Source: Armatimonadota bacterium (GTDB lineage Bacteria > Armatimonadota > UBA10988). From it: a stretch of 64,000 bases of DNA. Location of the stretch: positions 16,242-80,241 of the forward strand of contig JACRKZ010000130.1 in assembly GCA_016235455.1 (NCBI GenBank). Direction: 5' to 3'. Positions 28,419 through 38,685 of this stretch are shown piece by piece. The stretch's first letter is position 1. Every line of letters begins with the position of its first letter. The notes below the pieces were generated by a model, which was given only the letters and a program-made list of their open reading frames with translations, searched no databases and was not told where the DNA came from. The translations under genes and the position numbers were made by a program.

Positions 28419-30224
28419 ATGCGTAGCGACACCGTGAAGAGGGGTTTTGAGCGTGCACCGCACCGCAGCCTGCTGCGGGCCACGGGCAACTTCGTTGATG
28501 GCGACCAGGACAAGCCGTTCGTGGCCATCGTCAACAGCTACATCGACATCATTCCGGGTCACGCGCACCTGGCCGAGGTCGGCGAGTTCGTCAAGAAGGC
28601 GGTCCGCGCCGCGGGTGGTGTGCCGTTCGTGTTCAACACCATCGGCGTTGACGACGGCATCGCCATGGGCCACGAGGGCATGAAGTTCTCGCTGCCCAGC
28701 CGCGAGATCATCGCCGACAGCGTGGAGACCATGATCCAGGCCCACTGCTTCGACGGCATGGTTTGTATCCCCAACTGCGACAAGATCGTGCCGGGCATGA
28801 TGATGGCCGCAGTGCGCACCAACGTGCCCACGGTCTTCGTCTCGGGCGGGCCGATGGCCGCCGGTGCCGGCGCCTCCGACCTGATCAGCGTCTTCTACGG
28901 CGTTGCCCAGCACGCGCAGGGCAACATGAGCGCCGAGGAGCTGGAAGCCCTCGAACAGGTGGCCTGCCCGACCTGCGGCTCCTGCTCGGGCATGTTCACC
29001 GCCAACTCCATGAACTGCCTGTGCGAGGCCCTGGGCCTCGCCCTGCCGGGCAACGGCACCACGTTGGCCGTCTCGCCCGAGCGCCGCAAGCTCTATGAGT
29101 GGGCGGCTCGGCAGATCATCGAGCTGATCGCCAAGGACATCAAGCCGCGCGACATCATCACGCGCGAGTCCATCGACAACGCGCTGCGCCTCGATGTGGC
29201 CATGGGCGGCAGTACCAACACCATTCTGCACACGCTGGCCGTGGCCAACGAGGCGGAAGTCGACTACGACATCGCCCGCATCGACGCCATCGGCAAGAGC
29301 ACGCCGAACCTCTGCAAGGTGGCGCCGAGCTGCGACTACCATCTGCAGGACGTGCACGTCAGTGGCGGCATCCACACCATCCTGGGCGCCATCGCCCGGC
29401 ACGATGCGTCGATGATCAACCGCGATTGTATGACCGTTACCGGTCATACACTGGGCGAGAACCTCGACGCCTGGGACCTGCGCGGCGCGGCGGTGTGCGA
29501 CGAGGCCAAGGACCTGTATGCCCTGGGCGCCATCGTGCCCACCGGACGCATCTCACGCGTGACCGAGTTGCTGGCCGAGACGCCGCCGCCGCCGGCCGAA
29601 GGCCCCGCACCGCAGGTGGACGCCTACGACGTCATCCGCGAAAGCGCCAATGCCTACAGCGCCACCGGTGGCCTGAGCATTCTGTTCGGCAACCTGGCCA
29701 CCCAGGGCGCGGTGGTCAAGACCGCTGGCGTGCTGCCGCAGATGCTGGTGCACGAGGGGCCTGCGGTCATCTTCGAAAGCCAGGAAGAGGCCTGCAACGG
29801 CATCCTCAACGAGAAGGTCAAGCCGGGCGACGTGGTCATCATCCGCAACGAAGGACCCAAGGGTGGGCCAGGCATGCAGGAGATGCTCGCGCCGACCAGC
29901 TACATCAAGGGCATGGGTCTCGACACGAGCGTGGCGTTGGTCACCGATGGTCGCTTCTCTGGTGGCACCGCGGGCGCCTGCATCGGTCATGTCAGCCCCG
30001 AGGCCGCGGCCGGCGGCACCATCGGCCTGGTGGAGCCGGGCGACCTGATCAAGATCAACATCCCGGCCGGCACCATCGAACTGGTCGTCGACGAAGCCAC
30101 GCTGGCCGCGCGCCGCGAAGGCTGGACGCCGCCGGCGCCGCGCTACACCAAGGGCTATCTGGCGCGCTACACGGCCATGGCCACCAGCGCCAGCACCGGC
30201 GCCATCCTGCGCGTCCCAAGCTGA
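28419..30224 (+). CDS. ilvD: Dihydroxy-acid dehydratase
   Basis: [67 protein letters not shown]. Confidence 0.97.
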   Translation: MRSDTVKRGFERAPHRSLLRATGNFVDGDQDKPFVAIVNSYIDIIPGHAHLAEVGEFVKKAVRAAGGVPFVFNTIGVDDGIAMGHEGMKFSLPSREIIADSVETMIQAHCFDGMVCIPNCDKIVPGMMMAAVRTNVPTVFVSGGPMAAGAGASDLISVFYGVAQHAQGNMSAEELEALEQVACPTCGSCSGMFTANSMNCLCEALGLALPGNGTTLAVSPERRKLYEWAARQIIELIAKDIKPRDIITRESIDNALRLDVAMGGSTNTILHTLAVANEAEVDYDIARIDAIGKSTPNLCKVAPSCDYHLQDVHVSGGIHTILGAIARHDASMINRDCMTVTGHTLGENLDAWDLRGAAVCDEAKDLYALGAIVPTGRISRVTELLAETPPPPAEGPAPQVDAYDVIRESANAYSATGGLSILFGNLATQGAVVKTAGVLPQMLVHEGPAVIFESQEEACNGILNEKVKPGDVVIIRNEGPKGGPGMQEMLAPTSYIKGMGLDTSVALVTDGRFSGGTAGACIGHVSPEAAAGGTIGLVEPGDLIKINIPAGTIELVVDEATLAARREGWTPPAPRYTKGYLARYTAMATSASTGAILRVPS

Positions 30225-30232
30225 GCCTCGCG

Positions 30233-30264
30233 TCGTAGGGCGACCGTCCGCGGTCGCCCTACGA
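30233..30264. repeat. GTAG-type REP palindrome
   Basis: TCGTAGGGCGACCG-tccg-CGGTCGCCCTACGA, perfect 14-bp stem between ilvD and queC. Confidence 0.75.
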
Positions 30265-30301
30265 TGGTGCAGCCGCTTGCCTCGAGTTGGAGCGCACTCC
30301 C

Positions 30302-30973
30302 ATGAGCATTGCCGTCGTCGTCATGAGCGGTGGATTGGACTCGTGTGTAACCGCAGCCATCGCGCAGGCCGAGGGGCATGAGGTGGCCGCGCTGCATGTC
30401 AGCTATGGCCAGCGCACGCAGCGGCGCGAGCTGCGCGCCTTTGGCGAGGTCTGTGACGCCCTGGCCATTGGGCGCCGACAGGTGGTCGACATCAGCCACT
30501 TGGCGGCCTTTGGCGGATCGGCGCTGACCGACACGGCCATCGCGCTGCCCGAGGGCGAAGACCCAGACCGGCCCGGCATCCCGGTGTCGTATGTGCCGCA
30601 GCGCAACGGCAACATCCTCTACATCGCCGCCACCTGGGCCGAGGTGCTGCTCGCCGAGTCCATCTGGTGTGGCGTGGTGGAGGAAGACAGCTCGGGCTAT
30701 CCCGACTGCCGGCGCAGCTTCTGCGACGCCATTGAGCGCGCCATCGGGCTGGGCAACCACGACGACCATCCCGACCCGCGCATCACCACCCCACTGATCC
30801 ACCTCAACAAGGGCCAGATCGTCGCGCGCGGCGTGGAGCTGGCCGCGCCGCTGGCCGCTACCTGGAGCTGCTACCAGGCCGAAGACGTGGCCTGCGGCGT
30901 GTGCGATAGCTGCCTGCTGCGGCTGCGCGGCTTCGCCCAGGCCGGCGTGCCGGACCCCATCTGTTACCGGTGA
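30302..30973 (+). CDS. queC: 7-cyano-7-deazaguanine synthase
   Basis: SGGLDS, SYGQR, YVPQRN, GYPDCR, TWSCY...CGVCDSC. Confidence 0.96.
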   Translation: MSIAVVVMSGGLDSCVTAAIAQAEGHEVAALHVSYGQRTQRRELRAFGEVCDALAIGRRQVVDISHLAAFGGSALTDTAIALPEGEDPDRPGIPVSYVPQRNGNILYIAATWAEVLLAESIWCGVVEEDSSGYPDCRRSFCDAIERAIGLGNHDDHPDPRITTPLIHLNKGQIVARGVELAAPLAATWSCYQAEDVACGVCDSCLLRLRGFAQAGVPDPICYR

Positions 30974-30978
30974 CCCAA

Positions 30979-31046
30979 ACCGCGAGAGGTCACCCAGGGC
31001 GCGCCGGAAGCCTGCGCTCCGCGTGTCCCGTGTGACCTCTCCCGGT
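30979..31046. repeat. Imperfect palindrome between convergent genes (possible bidirectional terminator)
   Basis: ACCGCGAGAGGTCAC ... GTGACCTCTCCCGGT. Confidence 0.5.
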
Positions 31047-31060
31047 CGGTGGTCAGTCCG

Positions 31061-32110
31061 TCAGTTCGGCCAGACGGCGAACCCCGCGTCGCGATCCTGG
31101 CCCTTGAGCACCAGGTCCGCTCGCGCGGTCACGGCGTTGACCGCATAGACCTTGCGGCAGTTCTCATACATGTCGCGCAGCACCAACATGCGCTCGGCGT
31201 CCATCCAGCCCAGCATCTCGGCGCGTCCGCCGCGACCCGAGGCGGCGTAGGTCGACATGACCACGCGCGGGCGGCGCGAGGTGGGGTCGACCACGCTCAA
31301 CTCGGACCAACTGCGGCGCGCGTCGCGCGGGTCGGTGAGCCAGCGCTCCAGGGCCACCTGCTCGCCGCGCGGCGTGGACCAGGCGCGTGTGGTGTCGGTG
31401 GCCAGGATGGCGGCGGTCATGACCCGCCCGTTGGTCAGGCGCACCATGGGCTGGCGATCGCAGGTGAACAGCAGTCGGCCATCCCGCGCGAAGTGCGGCG
31501 CCGCCTGCACACCCTCGGCCGCGAAGTCGGGGATCAGCGGACGCGGCATGCTGTCGGGCGGATTGCGCTGCCAGATGCGGCCGCCCGCGGTGTAGACCAG
31601 GCCGCCATCGGGCGCCCACGACACGCTGAAGTCGTCGACCTCGGCGATGACGCGGTCCTCGTCGGTGGTCAGGTCATAGAGCCGGATCTGCGGTCGGTCG
31701 CCAGGGCGCACCACCCGGTAGGCCAGCCAGTGGCCATCGGGCGAAGGCATGGGCCGATCGCAGCGCGGCGCCTGCTCAGCCTCGTCGCCGGTCCGGCCCA
31801 GGCTGGTCAGTCGGCGCGGGGTGGTGCTGTCGGACGCCAGCGCCCACAGGTTGCCACCTTGCACAAAGAAGACCGTATGCCCGTCGCGACTGATCGCCGG
31901 AGCGTCTTCGTCGTCTGGGCTGCGCTGGGGCCAGAGAGTTTGCTGTTCGCGTCGAGCCAGGTCATAGACCATCAGGCTGCCGGCTCGACGGAAGTAGATC
32001 CGCTGCGCTAGTTGGCACGGCGCCATGGGGCGCTGTGCCAGCTGGGTATCAAGGCCAAGGTCGGCCAAGCCGCCCAGCAACAGCGGCACGATTCCTATCC
32101 ACAACGGCAC
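31061..32110 (-). CDS. TolB-like beta-propeller protein (PD40 repeats)
   Basis: PAISRDG, PMPSPDGHWLAY, SWAPDG, PHFARDG repeats; hydrophobic N-terminus. Confidence 0.8.
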   Translation of the reverse strand: MPLWIGIVPLLLGGLADLGLDTQLAQRPMAPCQLAQRIYFRRAGSLMVYDLARREQQTLWPQRSPDDEDAPAISRDGHTVFFVQGGNLWALASDSTTPRRLTSLGRTGDEAEQAPRCDRPMPSPDGHWLAYRVVRPGDRPQIRLYDLTTDEDRVIAEVDDFSVSWAPDGGLVYTAGGRIWQRNPPDSMPRPLIPDFAAEGVQAAPHFARDGRLLFTCDRQPMVRLTNGRVMTAAILATDTTRAWSTPRGEQVALERWLTDPRDARRSWSELSVVDPTSRRPRVVMSTYAASGRGGRAEMLGWMDAERMLVLRDMYENCRKVYAVNAVTARADLVLKGQDRDAGFAVWPN

Positions 32111-32340
32111 AAGTCATCCTCACCCGACCACCATCGTCCCCCCAGGTGACCTCGCCTGCGGCGGGGTCGAGCCGATGCTGGTTGCCGAGTCGCCATCTTT
32201 CGTCGCGGGGCGCACGGGGTGCGCCCAGTGAGGCTGAAAGGCGACCTCGCGGCCGTCTGGACCAGCCTCTGACGACCGAGACGCTTGGCTCGGGCCTCAT
32301 CAGAGCAAAGGTATTATGGGTAGAGATCCACCGTTTCGGG

Positions 32341-32365
32341 GTAACATTCCCCTGCAAACACCGTT
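32341..32365 (+). promoter_or_regulatory. Putative ECF-sigma promoter
   Basis: GTAAC-N16-CGTT immediately upstream of the TPR gene RBS. Confidence 0.4.
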
Positions 32366-32381
32366 CATTAGGGGAACAGCG

Positions 32382-32933
32382 ATGCGATGGCCATGGCAGA
32401 AGCGGGTGGCAACGGGCAAGACGGCGTCGGCTCTGGAGGCGGCGAAGCAGGCCTACGCGGCCGGCAGCCGGGCGGTCACCACGGGTCGGTTCGACGAGGC
32501 GGTGACCGCGTTCGAGCGGGCGGCGACGTTGGTGCCGGAGTGGACCGAGGCGCACATCAACGCCGGCTCGGGCTGCTATCAGTTGGCGCAGAACAGCGCC
32601 GAGGCCAGCCGCGCGTTGTGGCTGAGCAAAGCCGAGAGTCATTTCGTCGCGGCGCTGCGGCTGGCGCCGGACAACGTGTCGGCGTCGCTCAATCTGGCCG
32701 CCACGCTCCACGCGCTAGGCCGCGCGGCGGAGGCGCTGGCGGTGCTGGAGAGCCTGGCCACCGACTACCCGGACCTGCGCGACGTGCACTACAACCTGGC
32801 CGTGGGCTACGCCCAGGCTGGCGAGATGGAGAAGGCGCGCGCCAGCGTCGCCGAGGAACTGCGCCGTTACCCGAGCCACCGGGCGGCGGGTGAACTGCTC
32901 GCCCGCCTTGACCCGGACTCCGCCGGCTCGTAG
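32382..32933 (+). CDS. Tetratricopeptide-repeat protein
   Basis: EAHINAG, SLNLAATL, VHYNLAVGY TPR motifs. AGGGG RBS. Confidence 0.85.
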   Translation: MRWPWQKRVATGKTASALEAAKQAYAAGSRAVTTGRFDEAVTAFERAATLVPEWTEAHINAGSGCYQLAQNSAEASRALWLSKAESHFVAALRLAPDNVSASLNLAATLHALGRAAEALAVLESLATDYPDLRDVHYNLAVGYAQAGEMEKARASVAEELRRYPSHRAAGELLARLDPDSAGS

Positions 32934-32934
32934 A

Positions 32935-33318
32935 TCACGCGATCTCCAGCCCGCTGAACAGACATGCAATCTCAAACGCCGCCGTCTCCGGCGCGTCGCT
33001 GCCATGCACGGCGTTGTAGCGCTGGTCGCGGCCGAACTTGGCGCGAATGGGCAGCAATACTTCGCGCCAGGTGTTGACCGCGTCATCGCGTTCCAATACC
33101 ACGGGCACGCAGGGGCCTTCGGTCATGAACCCGATGAGCCCGTCGAAGAAGCTCTTGCCCTCATGCACCGCGTAGAACGCCTTGGCCTGCGCCTCGGTCA
33201 GCCAGACCCGTCGGAGGGCGGCGATGCGGAAGCCCGCGGCCTCAATCGTGGCCAGGATCTCGCCGGTATGGCCGTCGCGTACCGCGTCGGGCTTGATGAT
33301 CGCCAGAGTGCGCTCCAT
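32935..33318 (-). CDS. ndk: Nucleoside diphosphate kinase (short, Kpn loop largely deleted)
   Basis: MERTLAIIKPDAV, FYAVHEGKSFF, NAVHGSD. Confidence 0.95.
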   Translation of the reverse strand: MERTLAIIKPDAVRDGHTGEILATIEAAGFRIAALRRVWLTEAQAKAFYAVHEGKSFFDGLIGFMTEGPCVPVVLERDDAVNTWREVLLPIRAKFGRDQRYNAVHGSDAPETAAFEIACLFSGLEIA

Positions 33319-33342
33319 TGTCTACCTTTCTCTACCGCATCC

Positions 33343-34185
33343 TCATTTGGAAGTCTGCATCTCGAAGTCGAGGCCGATGTCCACCGCCGCCGCCGAATGC
33401 GTCAGCGCGCCGATGCTGATGTAGTCCACGCCACTCTCGGCCAGAGCGCGCACGGTGGTCAGGTTGACGCCGCCGGAGGCCTCGGTCCAGGCTCTGCCGC
33501 GGGCCAGTGCGACCGCTTCACGCAGCAGGTCCGGGCCCATGTTGTCCAGCAGCAGCCCGTCGGCGCCGGCGTCCAGGGCTTCCTCGAGCTGGCCCAGGGT
33601 GTCCACCTCCACCTCGACCCGCAGCATGGCATTGCCCGAGCGCGCCGCTTCCACCGCCGCCGCGATGCCACCGGCGGCGATGATGTGGTTGTCCTTGATG
33701 AGGATGCCGTCGCTCAGGCCAAAGCGGTGGTTGCAGCCTCCGCCATGGACCACGGCCGCCTTCTCCAGCCGGCGCAGGCCGGGCGTGGTCTTGCGCGTGT
33801 CCAGGATGGTCACGCCGGTATCGCTCACCGCGTCGACAAAGCGCCGCGTCAGGCTGGCCACGGCGCTGAGCCGCTGCACCAGGTTGAGCGACAGCCGCTC
33901 GCCGGTGAGGATGGGTCGCGCCGGGCCGGAGACCGTGGCCACCGGTGTGCCTGGCTCGAAGGGTTCGCCATCGGCCAGATGCGCCTCGAACACCACTGCC
34001 GGGTCGAGCAGTGCGAAGACCTGCCGCGCGCAGTCGATGCCCGACAGCACGCCGGCCCCGCGCGCGGCGAAGCGGCCCACGCAGCGCGCGCTCTCCGGCA
34101 CGCAGCGGTTCGTCGTCACATCGCCCCAGCCGACATCCTCGGCCAGCCAGCGACGCAGATCCTCGATCAGTCCAAAGTCACTCAT
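33343..34185 (-). CDS. nadC: Quinolinate phosphoribosyltransferase
   Basis: EDVGWGDVTT, DTRKTTPG, HRFGLSDGILIKDNH, EASGG. Confidence 0.97.
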   Translation of the reverse strand: MSDFGLIEDLRRWLAEDVGWGDVTTNRCVPESARCVGRFAARGAGVLSGIDCARQVFALLDPAVVFEAHLADGEPFEPGTPVATVSGPARPILTGERLSLNLVQRLSAVASLTRRFVDAVSDTGVTILDTRKTTPGLRRLEKAAVVHGGGCNHRFGLSDGILIKDNHIIAAGGIAAAVEAARSGNAMLRVEVEVDTLGQLEEALDAGADGLLLDNMGPDLLREAVALARGRAWTEASGGVNLTTVRALAESGVDYISIGALTHSAAAVDIGLDFEMQTSK

Positions 34186-34994
34186 GTACCCACCACCAAC
34201 GGGCTGCTGAGGCGCTTGAGCAGCGCCATGGCCGACAATGCCGCCAGGTAGCTGGTTTTGGGATTGTCGGGCGAGGGGACGTTCTCCACGATCACTTCCA
34301 GCCGGCCGAACCCGCCGCTGGCTTCAATACGGTGGCAGTTCACGCTGCTGGTCGGGTCGGCCACCACGCGCACGCGGGTGCGCTCGGCGCCGATGCCGGC
34401 CAGGCTCAGCGCGGCGGCCACATTGACGTTGGCCGGAAACGCCTTGACCGCCTCGGCCGCCGACCCCTCGAAGATGGTTGTGGGCTCGGTCAGCGCGGCC
34501 AGGTCGATGCCCTGCTGCACCACCCACGGCGCGCCGGCCAGGCCGCGTGGCGGCTTGGTGGTGGTCAGCGTGACGCTGTCCAGCCCGGCGGGCAGCGCGG
34601 CGCGGATGGCGTCGAGCGCGGCGATGGCGCCGGTAGGCGCGTAGATGGTGCGGCCCGCGGCGCGCGCAGCTTCGACCAGTTCGTCGTGGCCCAGCAGACC
34701 GCCAACACTCATCACCAACACGTCGCAGCCGGCGTCGAGCGCCGCCTGCACCACGAGCGGCGCCACCGCGCCGGCGGCGGCCTCGACCACCACGTCGGAA
34801 GCGGCGCACAGCGCGGCCAGATCCAGCGATGGCACCGGCTGGCCCAGGCTGCCGAGCAGCGCCTCGCGGCGCGCGTCGTCGAGTTCGCACAGACCGACCA
34901 ACTGGCCCGGTACGTCGCCGCTGTCCACGGCGCGCGCAATCGCCGCGCCAATGGCGCCGGCGCCGACCAGACCGATCTTCAATGGGCTAGCCAT
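34182..34994 (-). CDS. nadX: L-aspartate dehydrogenase
   Basis: GAGAIG, VVEAA, MSVGGL, KPPRGL, FPANVNVAA, NPKTSYLA; adjacent to nadC. Confidence 0.95.
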   Translation of the reverse strand: MASPLKIGLVGAGAIGAAIARAVDSGDVPGQLVGLCELDDARREALLGSLGQPVPSLDLAALCAASDVVVEAAAGAVAPLVVQAALDAGCDVLVMSVGGLLGHDELVEAARAAGRTIYAPTGAIAALDAIRAALPAGLDSVTLTTTKPPRGLAGAPWVVQQGIDLAALTEPTTIFEGSAAEAVKAFPANVNVAAALSLAGIGAERTRVRVVADPTSSVNCHRIEASGGFGRLEVIVENVPSPDNPKTSYLAALSAMALLKRLSSPLVVGT

Positions 34995-35006
34995 GAGAGG
35001 CTCCCT

Positions 35007-35867
35007 TCAACTCGCCAGGCTGCCACCGGGCACTATGAGCGCATTGTCGATGAGCCGCGCCGGTCCCACCCGCGCGGCCAGACAGAGCCGGCCCGGCTCG
35101 TCCAGATAGGCCATCGGCACCAGACTGCGGGGATCGACCAGACTGACATAGTCGATCTTCGCCAGCGGCTCGTCGGCGATGACGTCCGCTGCCGCATCCT
35201 CGATTGCCGCGGCCGAAACCGGCCCGCCGGCCGCCGCCTCCTGCGCCGCGCGCAGCGCCCGAGAGAGGCACAGCGCGGCCTGACGCTCGTCGGCGTCGAG
35301 GTACTGGTTGCGGCTGCTCATGGCCAGCCCATCGCTTTCGCGCACAATCGGCATGCCGATGACCTCGATGCCGAGGCCAAGATCCTCGGTCATCCTAGAG
35401 ATAACCTGGAGCTGCTGATAGTCTTTCTCGCCGTAGTAGGCGCGCGTGGGCAGAATGAGGCAGTGCAGCCGCGCCACCACCGTGGTCACGCCCGAGAAGT
35501 GGCCTGGCCGCGCCGCGCCGCACAAGCCGCTGGTCAGCTCGTCGACCTCGACGCGCGTGCAGAACCCCGTGGGATACATGGCGCTGCCGGTCGGCGCGAA
35601 GACGATCTCCAGGCCCGCCGAGCGGCAGCCGGCGAGGTCGGCCTCGAAAGTGCGCGGGTACGCGGCAAAGTCCTCGTTGGGGCCGAACTGCTTGGGGTTG
35701 ACGAAGATGCTGGCCACGGCGATGTCGTTCTCGCTCGCGGCGCGGCGCATCAGCGAGAGATGCCCTTCGTGCAGATTGCCCATGGTCGGCACCAGGCCGA
35801 TCGTCTTGCCTTCGCGCAGCCACTCGCGCGACAGCTCGCGCATGATCTGGGGGTCACAGATAACCAT
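35007..35867 (-). CDS. panC: Pantothenate synthetase
   Basis: VPTMGNLHEGHLSL, SIFVNPKQF, RPGHF, GEKDYQQ, GLAMSSRN, RLIDN. Confidence 0.97.
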   Translation of the reverse strand: MVICDPQIMRELSREWLREGKTIGLVPTMGNLHEGHLSLMRRAASENDIAVASIFVNPKQFGPNEDFAAYPRTFEADLAGCRSAGLEIVFAPTGSAMYPTGFCTRVEVDELTSGLCGAARPGHFSGVTTVVARLHCLILPTRAYYGEKDYQQLQVISRMTEDLGLGIEVIGMPIVRESDGLAMSSRNQYLDADERQAALCLSRALRAAQEAAAGGPVSAAAIEDAAADVIADEPLAKIDYVSLVDPRSLVPMAYLDEPGRLCLAARVGPARLIDNALIVPGGSLAS

Positions 35868-35895
35868 CGGGTCGTCCTGGGGCGCTCGCCCGGCG

Positions 35896-36978
35896 TCAAC
35901 CAGCGACGCTCAGGCTCAGCCGCCCCAGTTTATGCCCGATGAGCATCAGCGGGAAGATCAGGTTGCCGGCAAACAGCGCCATCATGCGCCAATCACCGCT
36001 GGCGCCCTCGGGTGTGAGCGCGGCGATGCCGGCCAGGCCGCCGACCAGCAGCAGCGTGGTCAGGTACGACGCGGTCAGGCTGCGGTGGAGTTTGGCGCGC
36101 ATGGCCGACCACACGCAGAAGGCCGCGGCGCTGAGATAGAACAGCGCCACTGCGGCGATGGCCAGGCCAATGCTGGCCCAGCCCGAGCCGGGGTCGGGCT
36201 TGATGCCCACGAAGGCCAACATGAAGCCCAAGGCCAGGCCGGATCCGCCGGCGGCCAGCGCCAGGTTGGTGGGCAGGGGCAGCCACGAGAGGGTCTGCTC
36301 ACCGGGCTTGAGCAGGCCCCAGATGAGCATGACGACGACCCAGGCGGCGGTGAGCATGAGCGCGTAGGGCAGCCACTCATGGCGGGCGTTGAGCGCCTCC
36401 ATGGCCTTCTGGCGCTGCTCGGAGAGCTTGCGTCGGCGGTCCTCGGCGGCGCGGGCCTGCTGGCCGCTCTCCAGCGCGGCGCGCAGCTTGCGGGCATAGA
36501 CCACATTGCGCGGCGCGGCGGTGACGGCGCCCGAGTAGTGCACCACGGCGGCGTCCCACTCGAGCTTGGCGGACAGCACGTCGCCCAGCAGGGCGTGGGC
36601 CGAGGCGTAGTCCGAGTCGGTGGCCAGGATCTTGCGGCATTGGGCGGCGGCCGAGTTCAGATCGCCCTGCTCCATGGCATGGACGGCATGGCGGAACCAG
36701 TCGTCGATCTGACGCTGCTTGAAGCTCGAGGGTGGCGGCGCACCCGGCGGCGGGGTGCCGCCGCGGCTCAGCGCGTCATACGCGCGGCGCTTGGCGGGGT
36801 CGCTGAGCGTGTCGTAGGCCTCGACCACCAGGATGAACTGCGCCTGCGCGGACTCCGGGTCGGCGGCCACGTCGGGGTGGAACTGGCGGGCGAGCTGGCG
36901 GAACCGGCGCTTGAGTTCGTCCGGCGCGACGTCCCGTGAGACGCCCAGTACCCCGTAGTAGTCGACTCCCCTTCGCAT
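35896..36978 (-). CDS. J-domain + TPR + multi-TM membrane protein
   Basis: DYYGVLGV...FHPDV...EAYDTLSD; TPR HALLGDVL; 5-6 C-terminal TM helices. Confidence 0.88.
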   Translation of the reverse strand: MRRGVDYYGVLGVSRDVAPDELKRRFRQLARQFHPDVAADPESAQAQFILVVEAYDTLSDPAKRRAYDALSRGGTPPPGAPPPSSFKQRQIDDWFRHAVHAMEQGDLNSAAAQCRKILATDSDYASAHALLGDVLSAKLEWDAAVVHYSGAVTAAPRNVVYARKLRAALESGQQARAAEDRRRKLSEQRQKAMEALNARHEWLPYALMLTAAWVVVMLIWGLLKPGEQTLSWLPLPTNLALAAGGSGLALGFMLAFVGIKPDPGSGWASIGLAIAAVALFYLSAAAFCVWSAMRAKLHRSLTASYLTTLLLVGGLAGIAALTPEGASGDWRMMALFAGNLIFPLMLIGHKLGRLSLSVAG

Positions 36979-36992
36979 CGCTCTCCTCGCGG

Positions 36993-38228
36993 CTACTTCA
37001 GCAGATCGCCCAGAATGCCATTGTTCATCATGCCGCTGTAGAACCGGAGCGCATAGATTAGCACCGCTACCGCGAACACCATGAGCCCGGCCACCGAACC
37101 AACGACCACTAGAGTTTGAGTCGCGGCGACCGCCTCTTGTTCGTAGTAGGTGGCAACGCGGTCCAGCAACTGGTCCACCGTGCCCGAATGCTCGCCCGTG
37201 CGCACCATCTGCGTAACTTGCACCGGGAACTCGCCGGTAGCCAGTAGCGCCTCGGTCAGTGTCGTGCCGCCGCGCAATTGGGCAGGGATGCCTTCCAGGT
37301 TAAGGGTCATGGCCAGGTTGCCGCAGGCCGGTGCCGCCACCGACGCCGCCTCGCCCGCGGGCACGCCGGCGGCGAGCAAGTCGCTCAGGACGCGCGTGTA
37401 GCGCGAGATGGCCACTTTTCGAAACAGCGGGCCGATGACCGGCGCCTTGAGCTTGAAACGGTCGAAGCCGACGCGCAGGCCCATGATCGACGCGTAGCTG
37501 CCGCGCAGCGCGAATAGCGTGCCGATGATCAGCACGAACGGCAGCGCGAATCGCAACGTGCTGGACAGCAAGTGGGTCTTCTGGCCCATGCCCACGGCCT
37601 GAATGGCCGGTGCCACCACACCCACTACGAACATGGTGGCGAACATGGCCACCCACTGGCAGCCCATGTAGGCCAGCCGCCAGCGCAGCGAGTTGGCCAC
37701 CTCCATCTCGCGCTCGAAATGCTGCGCGATACGCTCGGACTGCACGTCCAGCCGGCCGTTCACCTCGCCGGCGCGCACCATGGCCGACTCGATGACCGAG
37801 AACAGCTCGGGCCGATTCCGCAGCACCTCGTAGAACGTGGCGCCCTGCGCCGTGGACAGGGCGGTGTCGCGGGCGAAGGCCGAGAGGCGGCCGAACCCGG
37901 TGGACACCATGTTCAGCCCCTCGTGGACGGTCATCCCGGCCTTCAGGGCATGGGCCATCTGGCGCCAGAAGGCGCAGCGCGTCTGCAGGCTCACGCGCAG
38001 GAACAGGCTGGCCAGGCCGGGCGCCTCCGCGGGTGGGCTGGCCCGCCGGCCCGCCGGCTTGCTGGGCCGCCGCCCGCCGCTGAGCTTCTCGTCGACGGGC
38101 TCCAGGCCGCTGGGATGGAAGTCGCGCTCATACAGCTGGCGTAGGGCATCGCCGCGGTCGGTCGCCTCCAGGCGGCCTTCCTCAAAGTTGCCCTCCGAGG
38201 TCCGACCCCGGTAGCGGAATGCAGGCAT
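36993..38228 (-). CDS. Type II secretion F / PilC-family platform protein
   Basis: MPAFRYRGR, MVRAGEVNGRLD, MVRTGEHSGTVDQLL, three TM segments. Confidence 0.9.
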   Translation of the reverse strand: MPAFRYRGRTSEGNFEEGRLEATDRGDALRQLYERDFHPSGLEPVDEKLSGGRRPSKPAGRRASPPAEAPGLASLFLRVSLQTRCAFWRQMAHALKAGMTVHEGLNMVSTGFGRLSAFARDTALSTAQGATFYEVLRNRPELFSVIESAMVRAGEVNGRLDVQSERIAQHFEREMEVANSLRWRLAYMGCQWVAMFATMFVVGVVAPAIQAVGMGQKTHLLSSTLRFALPFVLIIGTLFALRGSYASIMGLRVGFDRFKLKAPVIGPLFRKVAISRYTRVLSDLLAAGVPAGEAASVAAPACGNLAMTLNLEGIPAQLRGGTTLTEALLATGEFPVQVTQMVRTGEHSGTVDQLLDRVATYYEQEAVAATQTLVVVGSVAGLMVFAVAVLIYALRFYSGMMNNGILGDLLK

Positions 38229-38685
38229 GACTGTCCATCTCCATCAGCGCTTGCGCCACGGTGCGACCGTCGGGCAGCACCAGGTCCGGCAGCAGGTCGG
38301 CCGCCGGCCGCAACACGAACTCGCGTTCGGCCAGGCCCGGGTGCGGCACGGTCAGCCCCGGCTCGTCCAGGCTCACGCCGTCCATCCACAGCAGATCGAT
38401 GTCCAGCGTGCGCGGACCCCATCGTACCGTACGTACCCGGCCCAGCTCCGTTTCAACCGCCAAGGCCAGCGTCAGCAGTTCCCGCGGGCCCAAATCGGTC
38501 TCCACCAGCACCGCCGCATTGAGGAACTCGTGCAGCGCGCTCTCGCCCATGGGCGGCGAACTGTAGACCCGCGAGCCGGCCACCAGCGCCACGCTCTCAT
38601 GCGCCGCGAGGCGCGCGGCGCCAGCCCGCAGGATGGCCAGCCGGTCGCCCAGGTTCGAGCCCAGTCCCAGCAGCGCACGGCTCAT
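38182..38685 (-). CDS. folK: HPPK, 6-hydroxymethyl-7,8-dihydropterin pyrophosphokinase
   Basis: LGLGSNLGDR, FLNAA, RWGPRTLDIDLL, PHP..REFVLRP. Overlaps the pilC-like gene by 47 nt. Confidence 0.95.
   Translation of the reverse strand: MSRALLGLGSNLGDRLAILRAGAARLAAHESVALVAGSRVYSSPPMGESALHEFLNAAVLVETDLGPRELLTLALAVETELGRVRTVRWGPRTLDIDLLWMDGVSLDEPGLTVPHPGLAEREFVLRPAADLLPDLVLPDGRTVAQALMEMDSHACIPLPGSDLGGQL

Noticed and set aside
33343-34994. nadX replacing nadB
   Set aside because: A well-known alternative first step of NAD synthesis; not novel.
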